Of a stretch of DNA of 64,000 nucleotides, positions 1 to 13,559 are shown in pieces; the first letter of the stretch is position 1; each line of letters opens with the position of its first letter. The translations under genes and the position numbers were made by a program. The stretch lies in the NCBI RefSeq assembly GCF_030684315.1, contig NC_081363.1, forward strand, positions 49,170,312 to 49,234,311, given 5' to 3'. The stretch is from Stegostoma tigrinum (lineage: Eukaryota). The notes under the pieces were generated by a model. That model saw only the letters and a program-made list of their open reading frames with translations. It ran no database searches and was not told where the DNA came from.

Positions 1-3000
1 GGTCTTCAGGTGCCTTGGTCCTTTGTGTGACGTGATGTAGTGTGATGTACTGATGATCTGCCACTATCACGCTGTGATACTTATGTTAATTCACATGACA
101 TAAGGATGAGATGTGAATCATGCAATACTGAAGAATTCAATGAACTTTCATTTCAGTGTCTGGCATTTACACGTGTACTCTGCATTCACTGGCACTTGTA
201 CGTCTGGGCTCAATTCAGACATACTGCAGCCAGCCTCCCTCAACATGTTATGCTGCCAGTTCATTAAGTGGAGACTGAGATCTTCATACAATTACATCAC
301 ATGCCATGATATCATGATTATATCACGAGCATGTTTTTAAAGCCACTCATCTGCTGTAGGACATAACACAACAGTTCCAATCTCTTTGTCTCTTCACTTT
401 AAAACTCCTTTTTAAAAAAAAATCCCCAAATCAATTTCTTTTCCCCAGGTACGGCTCTGAATGCTTCCTTGAATAGCTCATACCCATTTACCTGTTTATT
501 TCCAAATTAAAGGCCCTTCAACGTTACATTGATATTATGAGAATGCAATTGTTTTTGCTATTGCTTATTTAAATGAAGTGAATCAGAAACAAATGGCATT
601 GAACGTTATGTAAAGCTCTGGGGCAAGACAAGGTCCAAGAATATCTGCTCTGATGAGCCTTGGACCCCATCTACCACTTACTTCTCATTCCCAAACACGC
701 CCCCAAACAGATTCCAAATCCTCAGACTATTTGCGGCAGGCACAGAAGATAGAGAAGATTTCCTCATATAAATTTAAATTAAAAATGAATTGAATTTCTG
801 TCCAGCCGTCTAGTCAGGTGGAGTGGTAGACGTAATGGTAAAGTATCATCTCAGTTAATGTGGGATCTAGCTTAGGCTTCAGGTGAGTCAAAAGGGAAGG
901 ATTGGTAATGACAAATATTACAGAAGATTCAATTTAGAAGCAATTTTAATATAGCATTTTATTCAGAACATGTGCAATTGTAATACTAACATCTGATAAC
1001 AATGACAAATGAATATATTTAGAGACAATTCCATTGCAGCAAAACCATCAGCAGAATATAAATATTGCCCTTAACGAAATTCCCTGTATTTCTTTTAACG
1101 TTGAAGAATTTGGCTTAGATTTTTCCATTTGCACACATGTTCTAGTCCACACATAGGAAAGGTTAACAGCTATAGAGAGAACAGTTGCAGTGCAAATTTT
1201 GCCAGAAGGAGGCAATTTATTCACATCTACATACACACGTTTTCAATGTAAAAGGATTAGTGGAGCAAAGAAAATTGACCATATCTCTAGTTTACAGGGA
1301 AGGCAACAGATTCTGGGGGAAAAAAAAATTGATTGTTTTATGCCTCCACTGAACCACCACAATTTTTTTTTTCTTTTCTGAGATACAAACACCATATGCA
1401 TCACAGCCAGAGCAATGGCAAGAGATTCACATTGCGTCACAACGTGTGTCATTTCACAGACTCTCCTTGCATCCATATTGCTCAGTTCATCCCAGAATGG
1501 TGGCAATATAAACCATACTATTAAAAAAAAGTCAGAATTATAAATTATAAAAGGTATACCTCAGTTGCAGAAAATAAATAATTTGTGTGGTGATCTGTCA
1601 TGTATCTATCAAGTGGATATCATACATTAACAAGTGTTAAACATAACGTAGCATTCAACTGACTCCAATCAAAAGAATAAACCAAGGCCTAAAAGTTCAG
1701 TGAGTGAAGAAATTACCACAATGTTTGTGTATTTATATAAGTCAGACATCAACAGTCAGTACTACTTCATATTTTCCACATGCATCGAATGTTTATTGAC
1801 TGCTACAGCTAAACTTCCTCTTTAGTGAAACAATGTGTTTAAATTAAACCAAGGATTCAATATGGAAAAAGGTGCTTTGGCCGCTTAAGAAATCATTACA
1901 GGAACAAACTGGAATAAGTTCTTATTAACTGCAGGCTGATGATTACAAGGTACAACACAAACAGCTAAGCTGTTCTTCTGCCAAGTCTTCCACAAAACAA
2001 CTAGGGGATCAACTCGATACATCAGTAAGGGAAAACACAAAAATACCATGAGCAATTCTGCAAACTCAATGATGATTGGAATATTATAACCCCATTTTTG
2101 TATCACATATCGATGCCCAGATGCTGTCAAGTTTGGATGATGAGAGCGGTGAAAGATGCCTGTGCTCTTTGCCCAGGTGATTCTGAAGCATACAAATAAA
2201 TTGAGACATGAGCAGCAAGGCCTCCACGGGAGGAGTTGTCAATGCTGCAGTCTGGAATGTACACTGCTATACACCCATCTCAGCATGGGATGAGAAATAT
2301 TGGATTTTATTTTCTGCCCTGTGCAAATAAAAATTAGGAAGACAGAAAGCTGGAATGAGGCCCTTGCTTCGTCCTGGTGAAGCGTACAGAGTCAGTGGCA
2401 CAAGTGTTTGGAGCTGCCGTCTCTCTCCAGAGGCTGCCATTCATTTCTGTGGGAAAAGGGCCGCTTATGTGATGATTGTTTCTGCTCAAATTAACAAGAC
2501 ATGAATAATAACAAAAACTAATGCACCGCTAAGTGTTTGAACTTTTATGTTGATCCCTAATACGGCAGTCACCTATGAGCCTTTTGCTGCCTGAAGGAAA
2601 GTGATGGGGCAACAGGGAGGCAGACAGATAGACAGAGAGAGATGTAATGTGGCACTGTTCACCTTCACAGTCAGCATCTCAGATCTGAGCTTTACATCTG
2701 TTTGTGTAAACATGGGGTTGGCGCACTGTTTCGCACTGGTGACAGCTGAAGACAGCATTTCTCACTGTTTTTTTTTCATGACTCAGACCAAAAAGAAGAT
2801 TAAAGGGACATGCAGTGATCTGCATTTTGATTGAATGATCATTTGCCCCAAGCTGTAAACTCCAAGAGCTAAAAAATGAATAAAGGCAGCATATTATGAT
2901 GGTTTCACTTCAAAAAACTTGTCTTCATTGACGTAATCTGCAGTACAGTGTTTACCAACAGTGTTCAGAAGACATACAACCATTTTATACTCTGCCTTTT

Positions 3001-3479
3001 CAAGTGATTTTTGTAAATTATTCCAGAATTATTGTAAGGAATATTTCACCAAATTTAAAGCAAATATTTCTTTTGTTTTTCAATGAAAGTCCCTATAATA
3101 ATTAAGAAATGTTTATTCTTTTTGCTGGGTAGAAATTAAGATGGACTTTAACACATCTCTCCATAGCTTTAGAAGAAAGGATTTTTAAAAATTGTTTACC
3201 CATGTTAAATAAAAGTTGAACTGCTTGCTTCAAAGGGTGTTCCTGTGCTTGAAACAATCTGAAGGCTCAGAGGTGGATGGAGGAGACTGAAGATCAGGGT
3301 TGTTTTGTGTCCCTAGATATCAGATGGATGGATGGATAGGGACCTACCAATTATCTGGTGATAGAATTAAATATCAGTGAACCACGTCAGTTGGCACTCA
3401 GCCACATTGACTTAATTTCAACAGTGAGTACGGCCCTTAGTTTCAACCCCTGCAGTCCTGGGGACACAGACTTGAAAGG

Positions 3480-4615
3480 CCATATCAAGCAATAATTGTT
3501 TCAGCCGTTCTCTGCCAGGTCTTGCTGAGTTACATAGAGCACTATCGGTGCTGCTGTCACCTGATGAAACTCTTCATTGTCACAGAAACATCCTGAAATG
3601 CAAAGATAACACCAGCTTCTTTTGTCTACTACACACTGCTTTCTTATACACTTCATCCCTACAATAAGAGTGACGAGTTCATGGAATTCTTTGTCTCTAA
3701 AATTGAGTCTATCCAATCAGCTGTCTCTTCCAAGGTTCTTCCACCCATTAACCGACTAGACCAAACCTTATTAAATATTCCTCTTGTCCTCATGCTGAAC
3801 TCACATCATTCTCTAGCCCATCTCTTATGCTGTCTTCAAATTCATCTTGTCCACTGGAACCACCTCCTGCTGCTTCAACCCTATTTCCGCTAAACATTTG
3901 ATCACCCAATTTAGCTTCCTGGTCCCCACTTTATTGTTACTGGTTCTCTCTCTCCCTCTCCGGGTTTTGCTCATCTGTTGTCCAAATCCACTGACATCAG
4001 CCATCTTCTCAAAAAACCCACTAATTCACCAATCATCCTTGCAAACTATTTCCCGATCTTTAACCTATCTATTGGCTGCAAAGTCATTGAGTGTCATTGC
4101 CTCCTACTTCTGAATTCATCTTTCATGATGCTCAATGATCTACCCCTACCACAGTGCCACAATAGCTCTCACCAAAGTTACAAATAACACTCCATGTGAC
4201 TGTGACAGAGATATACTTGTACTCCTCATCCTTCTCAAAACGACTGCCTTTGACATGGGTTGACCAAGCAATCTTCCCCATCATTTTCCTCCTTGGTGTG
4301 ACAGTTCTCACCTAGTTCCAGTCTTATCTACCTCCTTGTAACCAGAGAATCACCTGCAATGGCTTCTCTTTCCACTTCCCCACAATTACATAGGATACAA
4401 ACAAGGATCTCTCCTTGAAATGTCCTCTTTCTCATCAGTGTGCTACCACTCAGTGAAAAATAGCATTAGTTTTCACTTCTATGCTAATAGTACCCAGCTA
4501 TAGCTCACTATCACTTCTCTCAATTCTTGTGTAGTGTCTACTTTTCTTTGCAGACGTCCAGTAATGCCTGAGCAGAAATTTCCTCTAATTTGATATTGGG
4601 ATGATCAAAATCATT
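3480..4615 (+). mobile_element. Decayed L2-clade LINE, RT region
   Basis: Frameshifted RT motif remnants on +: LLKKP..ANY.PI.NL (~4005-4070), LILL..TAFD (~4220-4255), FQSYL (~4317), and FHFYAN.TQL for YADDTQL (~4470-4500). Confidence 0.75.
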
Positions 4616-5139
4616 GGGATGAATTCTCATGGTCCATGGACCAAAGCTTTGTTGGGCTCAGAAACATGAGGGCACCAACAACTAACTGCTTCGCAACCCG
4701 TTCCCACTTTCACATGATTCTGTGGAAATTGAAGTTATGGCAGAAATAGTTACCCGCCTGAGCCCAATTAAACCCCATCACACTTTAATTAAGGGCACTT
4801 CCGTTATGCTGACCTTTTGAGCTGGCGCACCAGGAGCAAGTTGCATCAGGAAGATGGCAATGAAATGACGGTGGCTGCCCAGCAGCAGGCAAAACCCGCA
4901 TCATAACTAGAGTTCCCATTCAATGGGAAAACATTCTTTCTAAAAACTGGTCATGGACAGTATCAGTGCTAACTCTTGTCAGCCAGTATTCACTCACTGG
5001 TTTGCCATATTGTCTTAAATTCAAATGGCACAGTAGACTGCCACAAAATGAAGGCATCATGACCATTGCCAGGATTCTATTACACTGTGAATATTCACCA
5101 GTGGGCTGCACATTGATGTAATAGAATCAGTTTCAGTTG

Positions 5140-6075
5140 CTGCACCTCTCAGAGTTGAGACAAGACAATAAAGGAGGAGGAGTCGCATTTATAGTGAGAG
5201 ATGGGATCAGAATGTTTGTAAGGGAAGAACTCAAATTTGAAGTACAATATAAGGAATCTGCTTGGGTTGAAGTAAGAAACATCAAGAAGCAGGAGACATT
5301 GCTTGGAGTTATTTCGAGGCCAGAAAATAGTAGTGATAGCATTGGGCATGGTATTAATCAGGATATGAGAGAAGCACATAGCAGAGGCTACATAGTTATC
5401 CTGGGTGACTTTAATCTGCACCTAAACTGGTAAACCAACTGAGCACTAAAGCTGTGGAAAACAGGTTTGTGGAGTCTGTTTAGGGAATACTTTCTACAGC
5501 AGCGTGTTGAGGACCCAATGACAGGACATGTTATCTAGAAATGAATTTGAGCTAATTAACAATTTTGTTGTGGAAGAATATTGCAGAATGAATGGCAACA
5601 ATATAGTAGAATTTTACATTATATCTGACTATGATATAATTAAATCTGAACAAGGGTGTTAACTTTGAATAAGAGAAATTGTGAAGGCATGAGATACTAT
5701 TTGATTGATTATCTAAATACATTAAAAGGCATGACTGTACAGAGGCAATACATAGTCTTGAAAGGACTATTACAATGCTTACAGCTAACTATACACACCT
5801 TTAAGGTTCAAAAATTCAAAAGAAAGTCAACTGTAACTGACGAAGGAAGTTATGGATTGTATAAGATATAACGTAAAGGCTTAGAATGTCGCCAGAAATA
5901 GTAGTAAATCTGAGGAATGGGAGGTTTTTAGAATGTAGCAAAGATCAACTAAGAAACTGATAAAGCAAAAGAAAATTCCAATATGTATGAAATCTAGCTA
6001 AATAAAAAACACATGGAAAAATAGACTGTAAATGCTTCTATAATTTCTCTTTGCACATAAAAGAATAGTAGGTCT
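5140..6075 (+). mobile_element. Decayed CR1 LINE, APE endonuclease region
   Basis: ORF 5137-5433 reads KGGGVAFIVR...ESAWVEVRN...LLGVISRP...VILGDFNL, typical of CR1 ORF2 endonuclease; it continues with stops and frameshifts. Confidence 0.85.
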
Positions 6076-6351
6076 CATGTTTGAGGACTGTTGACTCTGG
6101 TTCTGATCTGCGGCTCATTTCTCCAACGGAGAGATTTTTAATTCTTGCTTATCCTGTATGGAAGCTGCCATTCCTTGTAGACACTTTTGTTAGCCCTCTA
6201 CTATCCTGGATTTCTGGACAGGTAACCACTTTTTAACTTAAAGAGATGTAGTCCCTTTCTGCAATATATTAAATTCTAAGGCAAGGCTACTTTTCCTCCT
6301 CAACTACGTCCTGCGTCTGTGGATATTGATCTGGTTCTCATATGCAGATTT

Positions 6352-6650
6352 TTCCTATTCAGTCATGAGATATGGGCTCGGCTGGCTGGCCAGCTTTTAT
6401 TGCCTGTTCCTAGTTGCCCTTGCAAAGGTGCTGGTGAGCTGATTTCTAGAACCGCTGCAGTTCACATGCTGTAGGTTGATCCACAATGCACTTAGGGAGG
6501 GAATTCCAAGGTTTTGAAGGACTGGTGATATTTTCCAAGTCAGGATGATGAGTGACTTGGAGAGGACCTGGTAGGTGGTGTTCCGTGTATCTGCTACTCT
6601 TGTCCTTCTGAATGGAATGATCATGAGTTTGGAGCTTATTTCCTTGAAAT
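6352..6650 (-). mobile_element. 3' end of a LINE (tail family shared with tRNA-SINEs)
   Basis: Minus strand encodes WNSLP (ggaattccctccc), followed by the tail ...gggcaactaggaacaggcaataaaagctggccagccagc...catgactgaat. Homologous to 38575-38818. Confidence 0.75.
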
Positions 6651-7044
6651 TCTTGACGAGGCTAGGTGTCTTCATTGGAATTGTTGGACTGATAAATAAA
6701 CTTTTTCAGTCTCTGTTGTGCTACTGAAAATGTCAAGTGAACGGTGCTCCCTCTGTCACTGGCTATTGTTTTTCAGAAGACAGAGAATTGAACGTTTCTG
6801 TCAGTCCTGTGGCTTCCTGTATGTTGACAAAGTCAAATAACTCTCCAATGTCAGCATAAGTGATGTCATTTTATTCTTTCTTCTGTATGGATTCTGCCAT
6901 GAGCCTGGGCCCTCAAAGAGGTCTTCCATTGGTTGCCTCTTCAAAGGTTGATCAATGATGTTTTATTCCTGACAAGCGTTAGAAAGCTGTTTTGCCCCTG
7001 TTATGTTCTCTAGGAAGTTGTCAAGCTTTTCCAATTGTTCAAAA

Positions 7045-7750
7045 AGTCATAAATTTATAGAGATGTACAGCACGGAAACAGACCCTTCAGTCCAATTTGT
7101 CCGTTCCGACCAGATGTCCTCAATAAATCTCGCCCCATTTGCCAGCATTTGGCCGCTATCCCTCTAAACCCTTCTTATTCATGTACCCATCCAGATGACC
7201 GTCAAATGTCGTTAATATACCAGCCTCCACTGCTTTCTCTGGCTTGTTCCATACATGTACCATCCTTTACATGAAAAAGTTGCCTGTTAGGTCCCTTTTA
7301 ATCTTTCCCATTTCACCTTAAGTCAATGCCCTCCAGTTTGGGACTCCTCAATAAGAGGAAAAAGACCTTGGCTAATCACCCTGTTCATGTCCCTCATGGT
7401 TTTATAAAGCTCTGTAAGGTCACCCTTCAGCCTTTAACACCCCAGGAAAAAAAAGCCCCAGACTATTCAGCCTCTTCCTATAGATCCAACCCCAAATCCT
7501 AGCAACATCCTTGTAAATATTTTCTGAATCCTTCCAAGCTCAAAAACATCTTTCCGGGAGCAGGGAGAACAGAATTGAACACAGTATTCTAAAAGTGGCC
7601 TCACCAATGTCCTGGCTACATTATGATGTCCTAACTCCTATACTCAATACACTGACCAATAAAGACAAGAATGCCAAACATCTTCTTCACCCTGTCTACC
7701 TTCAACTCCACTTTCAAGGAACAATGCACCTGCACCCCTAGGTCCCTTTA
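7045..7750 (-). mobile_element. CR1 LINE 3' fragment
   Basis: Minus strand has LVRPLLEYCVQFCSP and the C-terminal CR1 ORF2 region, plus a CR1-type 3' UTR (gggtctgtttccgtgctgtacatctctat). Similar to 36490-37548. Confidence 0.85.
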
Positions 7751-7759
7751 CTGACAACA

Positions 7760-8830
7760 AGATATGTGTGCAGGCTCAGAGTTGAAGTTGTTTGTTTGCA
7801 AAAGTATTTCATATTCTCAAGTTTCTTATGTGCAAGATAATTTAGTGAAAATTATTGCATTCCTACGCTTCTGAAAATTATTCCACAAACATCATACAGC
7901 CTTATCTCTGCAGGTTGTAATGTCAGCTTCTTCAGCCATGGTAATTGGTCTGATAAGACACTAACATTTGCTCTTGTATCAGGCATACAATCACATACAA
8001 TAGCCAAGGTCTCTTTGTTCTGGCTTTTGGGGATTGCCTCAAGAATTTTCTCCATCAGAGCTATCTCACTTTTTTGTTGGCAACTTTTCTAATGGTGTTC
8101 GGTGTTTTACTGTGTAGACCTCTTATTGTATGTGACTAGTGTGTCCACTGTCTTACTTTTCAACATCTTCTGGAAGTTGTAAAAACTTACAGTTTACAAA
8201 TGTATAATTCATTTGCAATTGGTGGACATTTGTCTATGCCTGTGAGCCATTGTTAATCTTTCTTTAAAATCTCAGGCTTGTCCTCTGTGTAGGCTTGTCA
8301 CATATCTCTAGAATGTCCATGTTTATAAAGTCAAAAGACCTTATAGACTCTGTACCCATTTTGAGGGCATGTTGGTCATGAGCTGTATGTGAATCTTTCT
8401 GGTTTCTGCTTCCAGAAATTAACTTTCTCCAAAGGTAAATTTTCAATGAAGTACAAAAAAAAGACAATGTTTCATGAAGAACTCTATGAATAATTCAGTC
8501 TCTTATGAATTATGAATCTAAATCTTCATAATCATAATTTTCCACTGTTTTATAAACATTATTAACAGCTTGTCTATGGTGTCTCGTGGAAGCTGAACTC
8601 TTTTACTGAAGCTTGTTCATTCATGGGTTTTATTTATTCTTAAAAAGAAGTAATTATCAAAAGCTTTACAGATATCTTCAAGAGATGAAGTACTTTCATG
8701 GGTGTTTAGGCTTTTATATTACATTATTTGCAATCAGACCCATTGAATATGAAAGCATATTCATTCGCTCAGCTTTAGTCTTAATGTTTCATTTTGAGGT
8801 AATGTTGTAACTTAAGAAATGTTGCCACTA
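7760..8830 (-). mobile_element. Decayed Gypsy LTR retrotransposon gag-protease remnant
   Basis: Minus translation gives ..LSYSMG..ICKAFDNYF..THE*TSFSKRVQLPRDTID..YKTVENYDYEDL..FIRD*II, matching the Gypsy gag pattern ERARFNxRxQ..IRDRIV. DTRANVSVLS (ORF 7852-8055) resembles the aspartic protease DTGA motif. Confidence 0.7.
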
Positions 8831-9228
8831 TAAAATACAATTTTGTGTTCTGTATGGTCCATATCTGCCTCGAATCTTCTAGGAAACATTAAATATATTT
8901 CTATCTCTTGTCATTATGTTGATTAATCTTAATATGAAGTTGTCTAAAATCTATATCATTGCAATACTGTTTATAATCTGCTGTCTTTTAAGTTTGCATT
9001 CTTGCATTTACCACGTTTTGCTTTAAATTGAATGACTGTAAAGCGGTTTATGTTCTGTACCACAATAAAGTCACAGTATTCCCTTTATTTGCTAGTTTTT
9101 AACGTATGTTATCCTGTAATATTGTAATAAAGTTTAAAGCGTATCACTGCATGTCACTATTTGTAATAACTTATTTCCTGAGTGCTTTTTAAACCAGCTT
9201 CTTTTTAATACTAAAGTTGATAATATAT

Positions 9229-9364
9229 TGTGAGTCAACATGGCGAAAATATTGAATATATATCAACCAAATGGAAGCATTAATTTGGTGGAATTCTCTC
9301 CATATCATTTCAGAAACTCTTTTACCACAACAGTAAATTTCAATAACAAACACTAGGAAGAACT
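9229..9364 (+). repeat. Direct repeat, copy 1 (partner at 11801-11937)
   Basis: tgtgagtcaacatgg...ggaagaact aligns to 11801-11937 at roughly 85% by manual alignment, with one indel. Confidence 0.9.
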
Positions 9365-9387
9365 CGACCACTACATCTGTGAGCTTA

Positions 9388-9505
9388 TTCCATTTGCACA
9401 CCTCTGCATGAAAATGTTGCCCCTCAGATCCCTTTTAAAATTTTCCCCTCCCACCTTAAACCTGTGCCCTCTAGCTTTGGACTCCCCTACTTTAGGGAGG
9501 GGACA
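9388..9505 (-). mobile_element. Short CR1 fragment
   Basis: Matches the RGHRFKV..G..FKRDLRGNIF region seen in the other CR1 copies in this window. Confidence 0.7.
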
Positions 9506-10489
9506 TTGTTTATTGTGTTTTTCTGCCATCTCTAGACTTCCTGTTACCTTTTATGGCAAACAAAATTATGGCTACCTACTTCTTCTAGGGTTTTCCCACC
9601 ATCTGCAAAAATTGTAGTTTTTCCCCTTCTACTCAAATAAAACAGATGCTTTCCTGCTTTTCATGGTCTAAAGCACCAAGAATTTCTACATACATTTTTA
9701 CACGAAAGATACTTCAGTTGCAATTGTCAATTGTTCTACCAAAATAAATTATCGAGTTGCAGCCCTCCTAGATCTTTAATTTTTCATGAATTTTCTTTTC
9801 CTGCTGGACTCTTTCACTAGATTCATTTAAAATTACTGTTTATCATCTGAAATCAGCTCGCAGACCTGATTCTGTTGCCTTAGTCTAAATTTTACTGCTG
9901 GCTTTTTCTTTGTCCCTTGTAGCTGAACCTAATGGGTGCTAATGACAAGAGTGGTGCTGCTTATTTTCGGAGATGAAAATTCTCTTTTACACTCTCATCC
10001 CTTCCCTTTATGATTTTTGTACCATTTTCATAAAGTTATTTGGTTTTCCACAAAAGGATTTCCTTTCACTGGTCCTCTTTAGCTAAGGAGCTTTGTTTTC
10101 TATGCTTTCCTCTCTCTTCCTAGCCACACAATTGTGTGCCAGGACTTCTTACCTGCTTCTGAATGAAGTTTTATCTTTGGAGTGCTAACTTCATCTTTTC
10201 ATTACTGCCATGCCTACTTTCCTACCTCACTGTTGATAATCACTTTTCAGTTGCTAAATGATTATTTGCAACTTCTTAAAGCATTAATGCCATTAAAGTG
10301 GTAAACAAATTTGTCATAACATTTTGGCTTTTTTTCTAGGTCTTCTGGATTTCTTCTGCTCATGGTGAGGATCAGATCCACACTGCTGCAGCAATGTGTC
10401 ATTTTCCTAGCTGACTATTCCTGACAACCTGTGTTGTTTGCCATCTCAAAGAATGTACTGTGCTGGGCATAGGTTGCTTGAGGTAGTTC

Positions 10490-10798
10490 ACTGCCACAAA
10501 TGCTCATTTCTCTACTTTTTCTGAGGCATATGTAATAATTTGTTGAAGATATTACACTACCATAACTATCTACTGAGGGACACAATTTTTAGATAGCAAG
10601 AAGGTTTATTGCAGTACCAGTAGTAAGTAGAATAGTGAAGTAAATAACAACTAGAAGCAGCAAGTGTAACATTAGCAAACTGTTACAGAAAGATCTGAAA
10701 ACTAAAGTAGAATTCTTAGTCTACATTCATAACTGTCTCACATCAATAGAATGATTGTAACATGAACATTTACCTCTTCACAATCATTATCTTACACA
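10490..10798 (-). mobile_element. Possible LTR remnant
   Basis: Minus strand starts TGTGTAA, contains AATAAA and ends near a PBS-like tggcagtg. The adjacent 9510-10480 region is strand-asymmetric, like a decayed retroelement interior. Confidence 0.3.
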
Positions 10799-11800
10799 AT
10801 ACTGCTGTGTATGTCTAAAAAAATGCGAGCTGATGTACTAACTGCCAAAATGGCATAGGTGGTATCAAATCAGCATTACACACGGAATGACATAATAATC
10901 TGCATTCGGTGTACAATTCCAGCAGGCAGACTATGTGAAATAATGGCCTGACCAAAATACAACCATGAGCTGCACGCACCACAAGTGTACATGCATGGCA
11001 CAGATGAAACTTTGGGGACAAAACATTACTTATAGCACAAGAAAAAAAAGGAGTTAAGCAGGCAAACGTTGCCATCTCAGTGTTTACACATCATCACCTC
11101 TCATTGTTTATCTATGCACTGATGATAAGGGAAAGCCTAAATCAGTTTTATGAAATTAACTTTATTGGCTAGATTCATTATCCAGGACTAAAATAGTACA
11201 TCTTATATATAGTGACAGAAGCCCAGTAGGTAACAGAGAAATGGACAACTAAGCTTTATTTATATAATAGTAAAGTTCATCATTATTATAATCAGTATTC
11301 AATGACTTAATTTATGTACTAATTATTTTTAATTGCAAAATACCACAGGAGGATTATATGTGGCCACTTCTAACCTTGGACACCAGTAATGTCATCCAAT
11401 ATGTAACATCTGTGACTCCTCCCTTAATTGTTTGCATAATGAGTTTGAGCAGTTTTGTTCAGCTACTAGTGGGAACAAGACCCATCAGGCAAAATAGCCT
11501 TTAATCCAACAAAATGGTACCAGAGAAAATAGCAGTAAGATAGAATGTTCAACTGCATCCGAGATTTGCAGATGAGAAAATGGGGCGGGGATTTTTTGCC
11601 ACTGGCTCCTGTTAACCTTGTAACTCAATGCCCAAACAAACTGGGTAGTCCTGTCTGTACATGTAGAAGCATACCAGTATTCTGGGTAGGTAAGCTATAG
11701 AGTTTAGCTGGTTAAGATTCAGCAGTAACTTTTGCCTCTGCTTATAGGGCTTGACTGTTCCCAACCTGTGCCCAAATTCTCTAGGCTTGAGTAGATATGG

Positions 11801-11937
11801 TGTGAGTCAACATGGAGAAAGTATTGAATATACATCAGTCAAATGAAAGCATTAATTTGGTGCAATTCTCTCCACATTGTTTTAGAAACTCTTTTTAGCA
11901 CAGCTCTAAATTTCAGTAATAAGTACGAGGAAGAACT
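11801..11937 (+). repeat. Direct repeat, copy 2 (partner at 9229-9364)
   Basis: See copy 1. Confidence 0.9.
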
Positions 11938-12723
11938 GCCTGAAATTGGGCTGGAGCTTTACAGAAAGAATAAAACTGTAGCAATGGTCCAGGAATAACC
12001 TATTAAGCCTCTACAGCTTGTTCTATCATTAACTCAAATCATTGCTCATCTGTATCTCAATGGCATTTACTTATCTTTGATTCATATGTTTGATATCCTT
12101 CTCAAACAAATCATTGTTAATTTCAACTTTGAAAATTGTACTAGGTGACCATGAAGTTATAAATTATATCTTATTACTCTTTAATTCAACTGACTGATTT
12201 AATACCTGGGACTTCTGTTCAGGAGAAAAATTCTAAGATGGCTGCAGAATCCACCTGTGCTGAGAATGACAAAAAGGCCACCTCAACAATAATGCTAAGG
12301 AATATACTTAGATGATGATATTTGAGATTGTCAGTTAGCAAATAACTTATTTTCAAGAATGGCCAGAGCCAAAAGGAAACTTACTGAAATCTATTCTACA
12401 AAAAGGCTCCTCTTTCTGTTTCTCTCTCTATGTGCCTCAGCCTCTCGGAAGACATGCTTGATGGAGAGCAAATCGGAGAAATATCCATTGACCAAGAACT
12501 GAAAGAAATCTTTAAGTTTCGCTAAAGCTAAGATACAAGTCATTGATTGAAATAAAGTTTCATGTTCAAACCTAACATCTCAAGAACTGCACGTTCTTTT
12601 AATCTTCTAGTTTGTAGTGGACACTTGTCTCTTTTTAAGAATGGGTAAGAAATGTGAGAGAGCTATCATATTTTATTATTTATCTCCTCACCAAGGGACA
12701 AAGGACTCCTTCACTTACCACTG

Positions 12724-13043
12724 GGGAGGCATTGTGGCTCAGTGGTTAGCACTGCTGCCTCACAGCACCAGGGACCCAGGTTCGATTCCACCCTCAGGTG
12801 ACTGTCTGTGTGGAGTTTGCACATTCTCCCTGCGCCTGTGTGGGTTTCCTCCAGGTGCTCCAGTTTCCTCCCACAGTCCAAATAAGTGCAGGCAAGGTGG
12901 ACTGGTCATGATAAATTACATATAGTGTTCAGGGATGTGTAGCTGAGGTGGGCTATAAGGGGATGGGCCTGGGTAGGATGCTCCAATGGTCAGTGTGAAT
13001 TTGTTGGGCTGATTGGCCTGTTTCCACACTGTAGGGATTCTAT
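12724..13043 (+). mobile_element. HE1-type tRNA-derived V-SINE
   Basis: A box tggctcagtgg, B box ggttcgattcc, V-domain gtggagtttgcacattctcc...tttcctcccacagtccaaa, and a CR1-derived tail (gcctgtttccacactgtagggattct). Confidence 0.9.
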
Positions 13044-13461
13044 TAATAATTCATCTCAGAGTGAGTCAGAAAATAAAAATTTATTTTTCTTTCATTCAAG
13101 AATATCTTGTCATTGGCTTCAGAAATTTGAACGAGCAAACAATGTTTTAATTGAATTGCAATACAGCTGCATGTGGAGGTCAACTGAGTAGGTTAAAAAG
13201 AAAAAAGTCTATTCATTCCTCCTCACCTAGTCATACTTAAGTTGGACTCTCAACTGCTATGTTCCAACAGCCTAATGAAGAATTGGAAGGGAAAAATATT
13301 TTTCTTTAAAATTGTTTAAAAAGTTGCAAAGAAGTTTTCTTGGATCTACATTTTTTTTAATTCATGGTTTTTCTCAGGTTTTGCCTCCACACTGAGACCG
13401 CCAAAAGTAATCCCAGACATCACCGTCACTGAGGCCGAGCCCCAGCACAGAAGAACACTTG

Positions 13462-13552
13462 ATCATTCACAGGATAAAGGCATCACCAGCTAGGCTAGCA
13501 TTTATTGCCCATCCCTAATTGCCCAGAGGGCAGTTAAAAGTCAAACACATTA
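13462..13552 (-). mobile_element. SINE 3' tail fragment
   Basis: gcatttattgcccatccctaattgcccagagggcagtt is nearly identical to 63271-63308. Confidence 0.8.
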
Positions 13553-13559
13553 AAGTGCA

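Noticed and set aside
806-890. Exon ending at cag|gtgagt
   Set aside because: Stops in all three frames and only a weak acceptor.
12724-12795. tRNA gene-like A and B boxes (also at 31869, 45932, 53350 and 63587)
   Set aside because: These are SINE heads followed by SINE bodies, with no complete cloverleaf.
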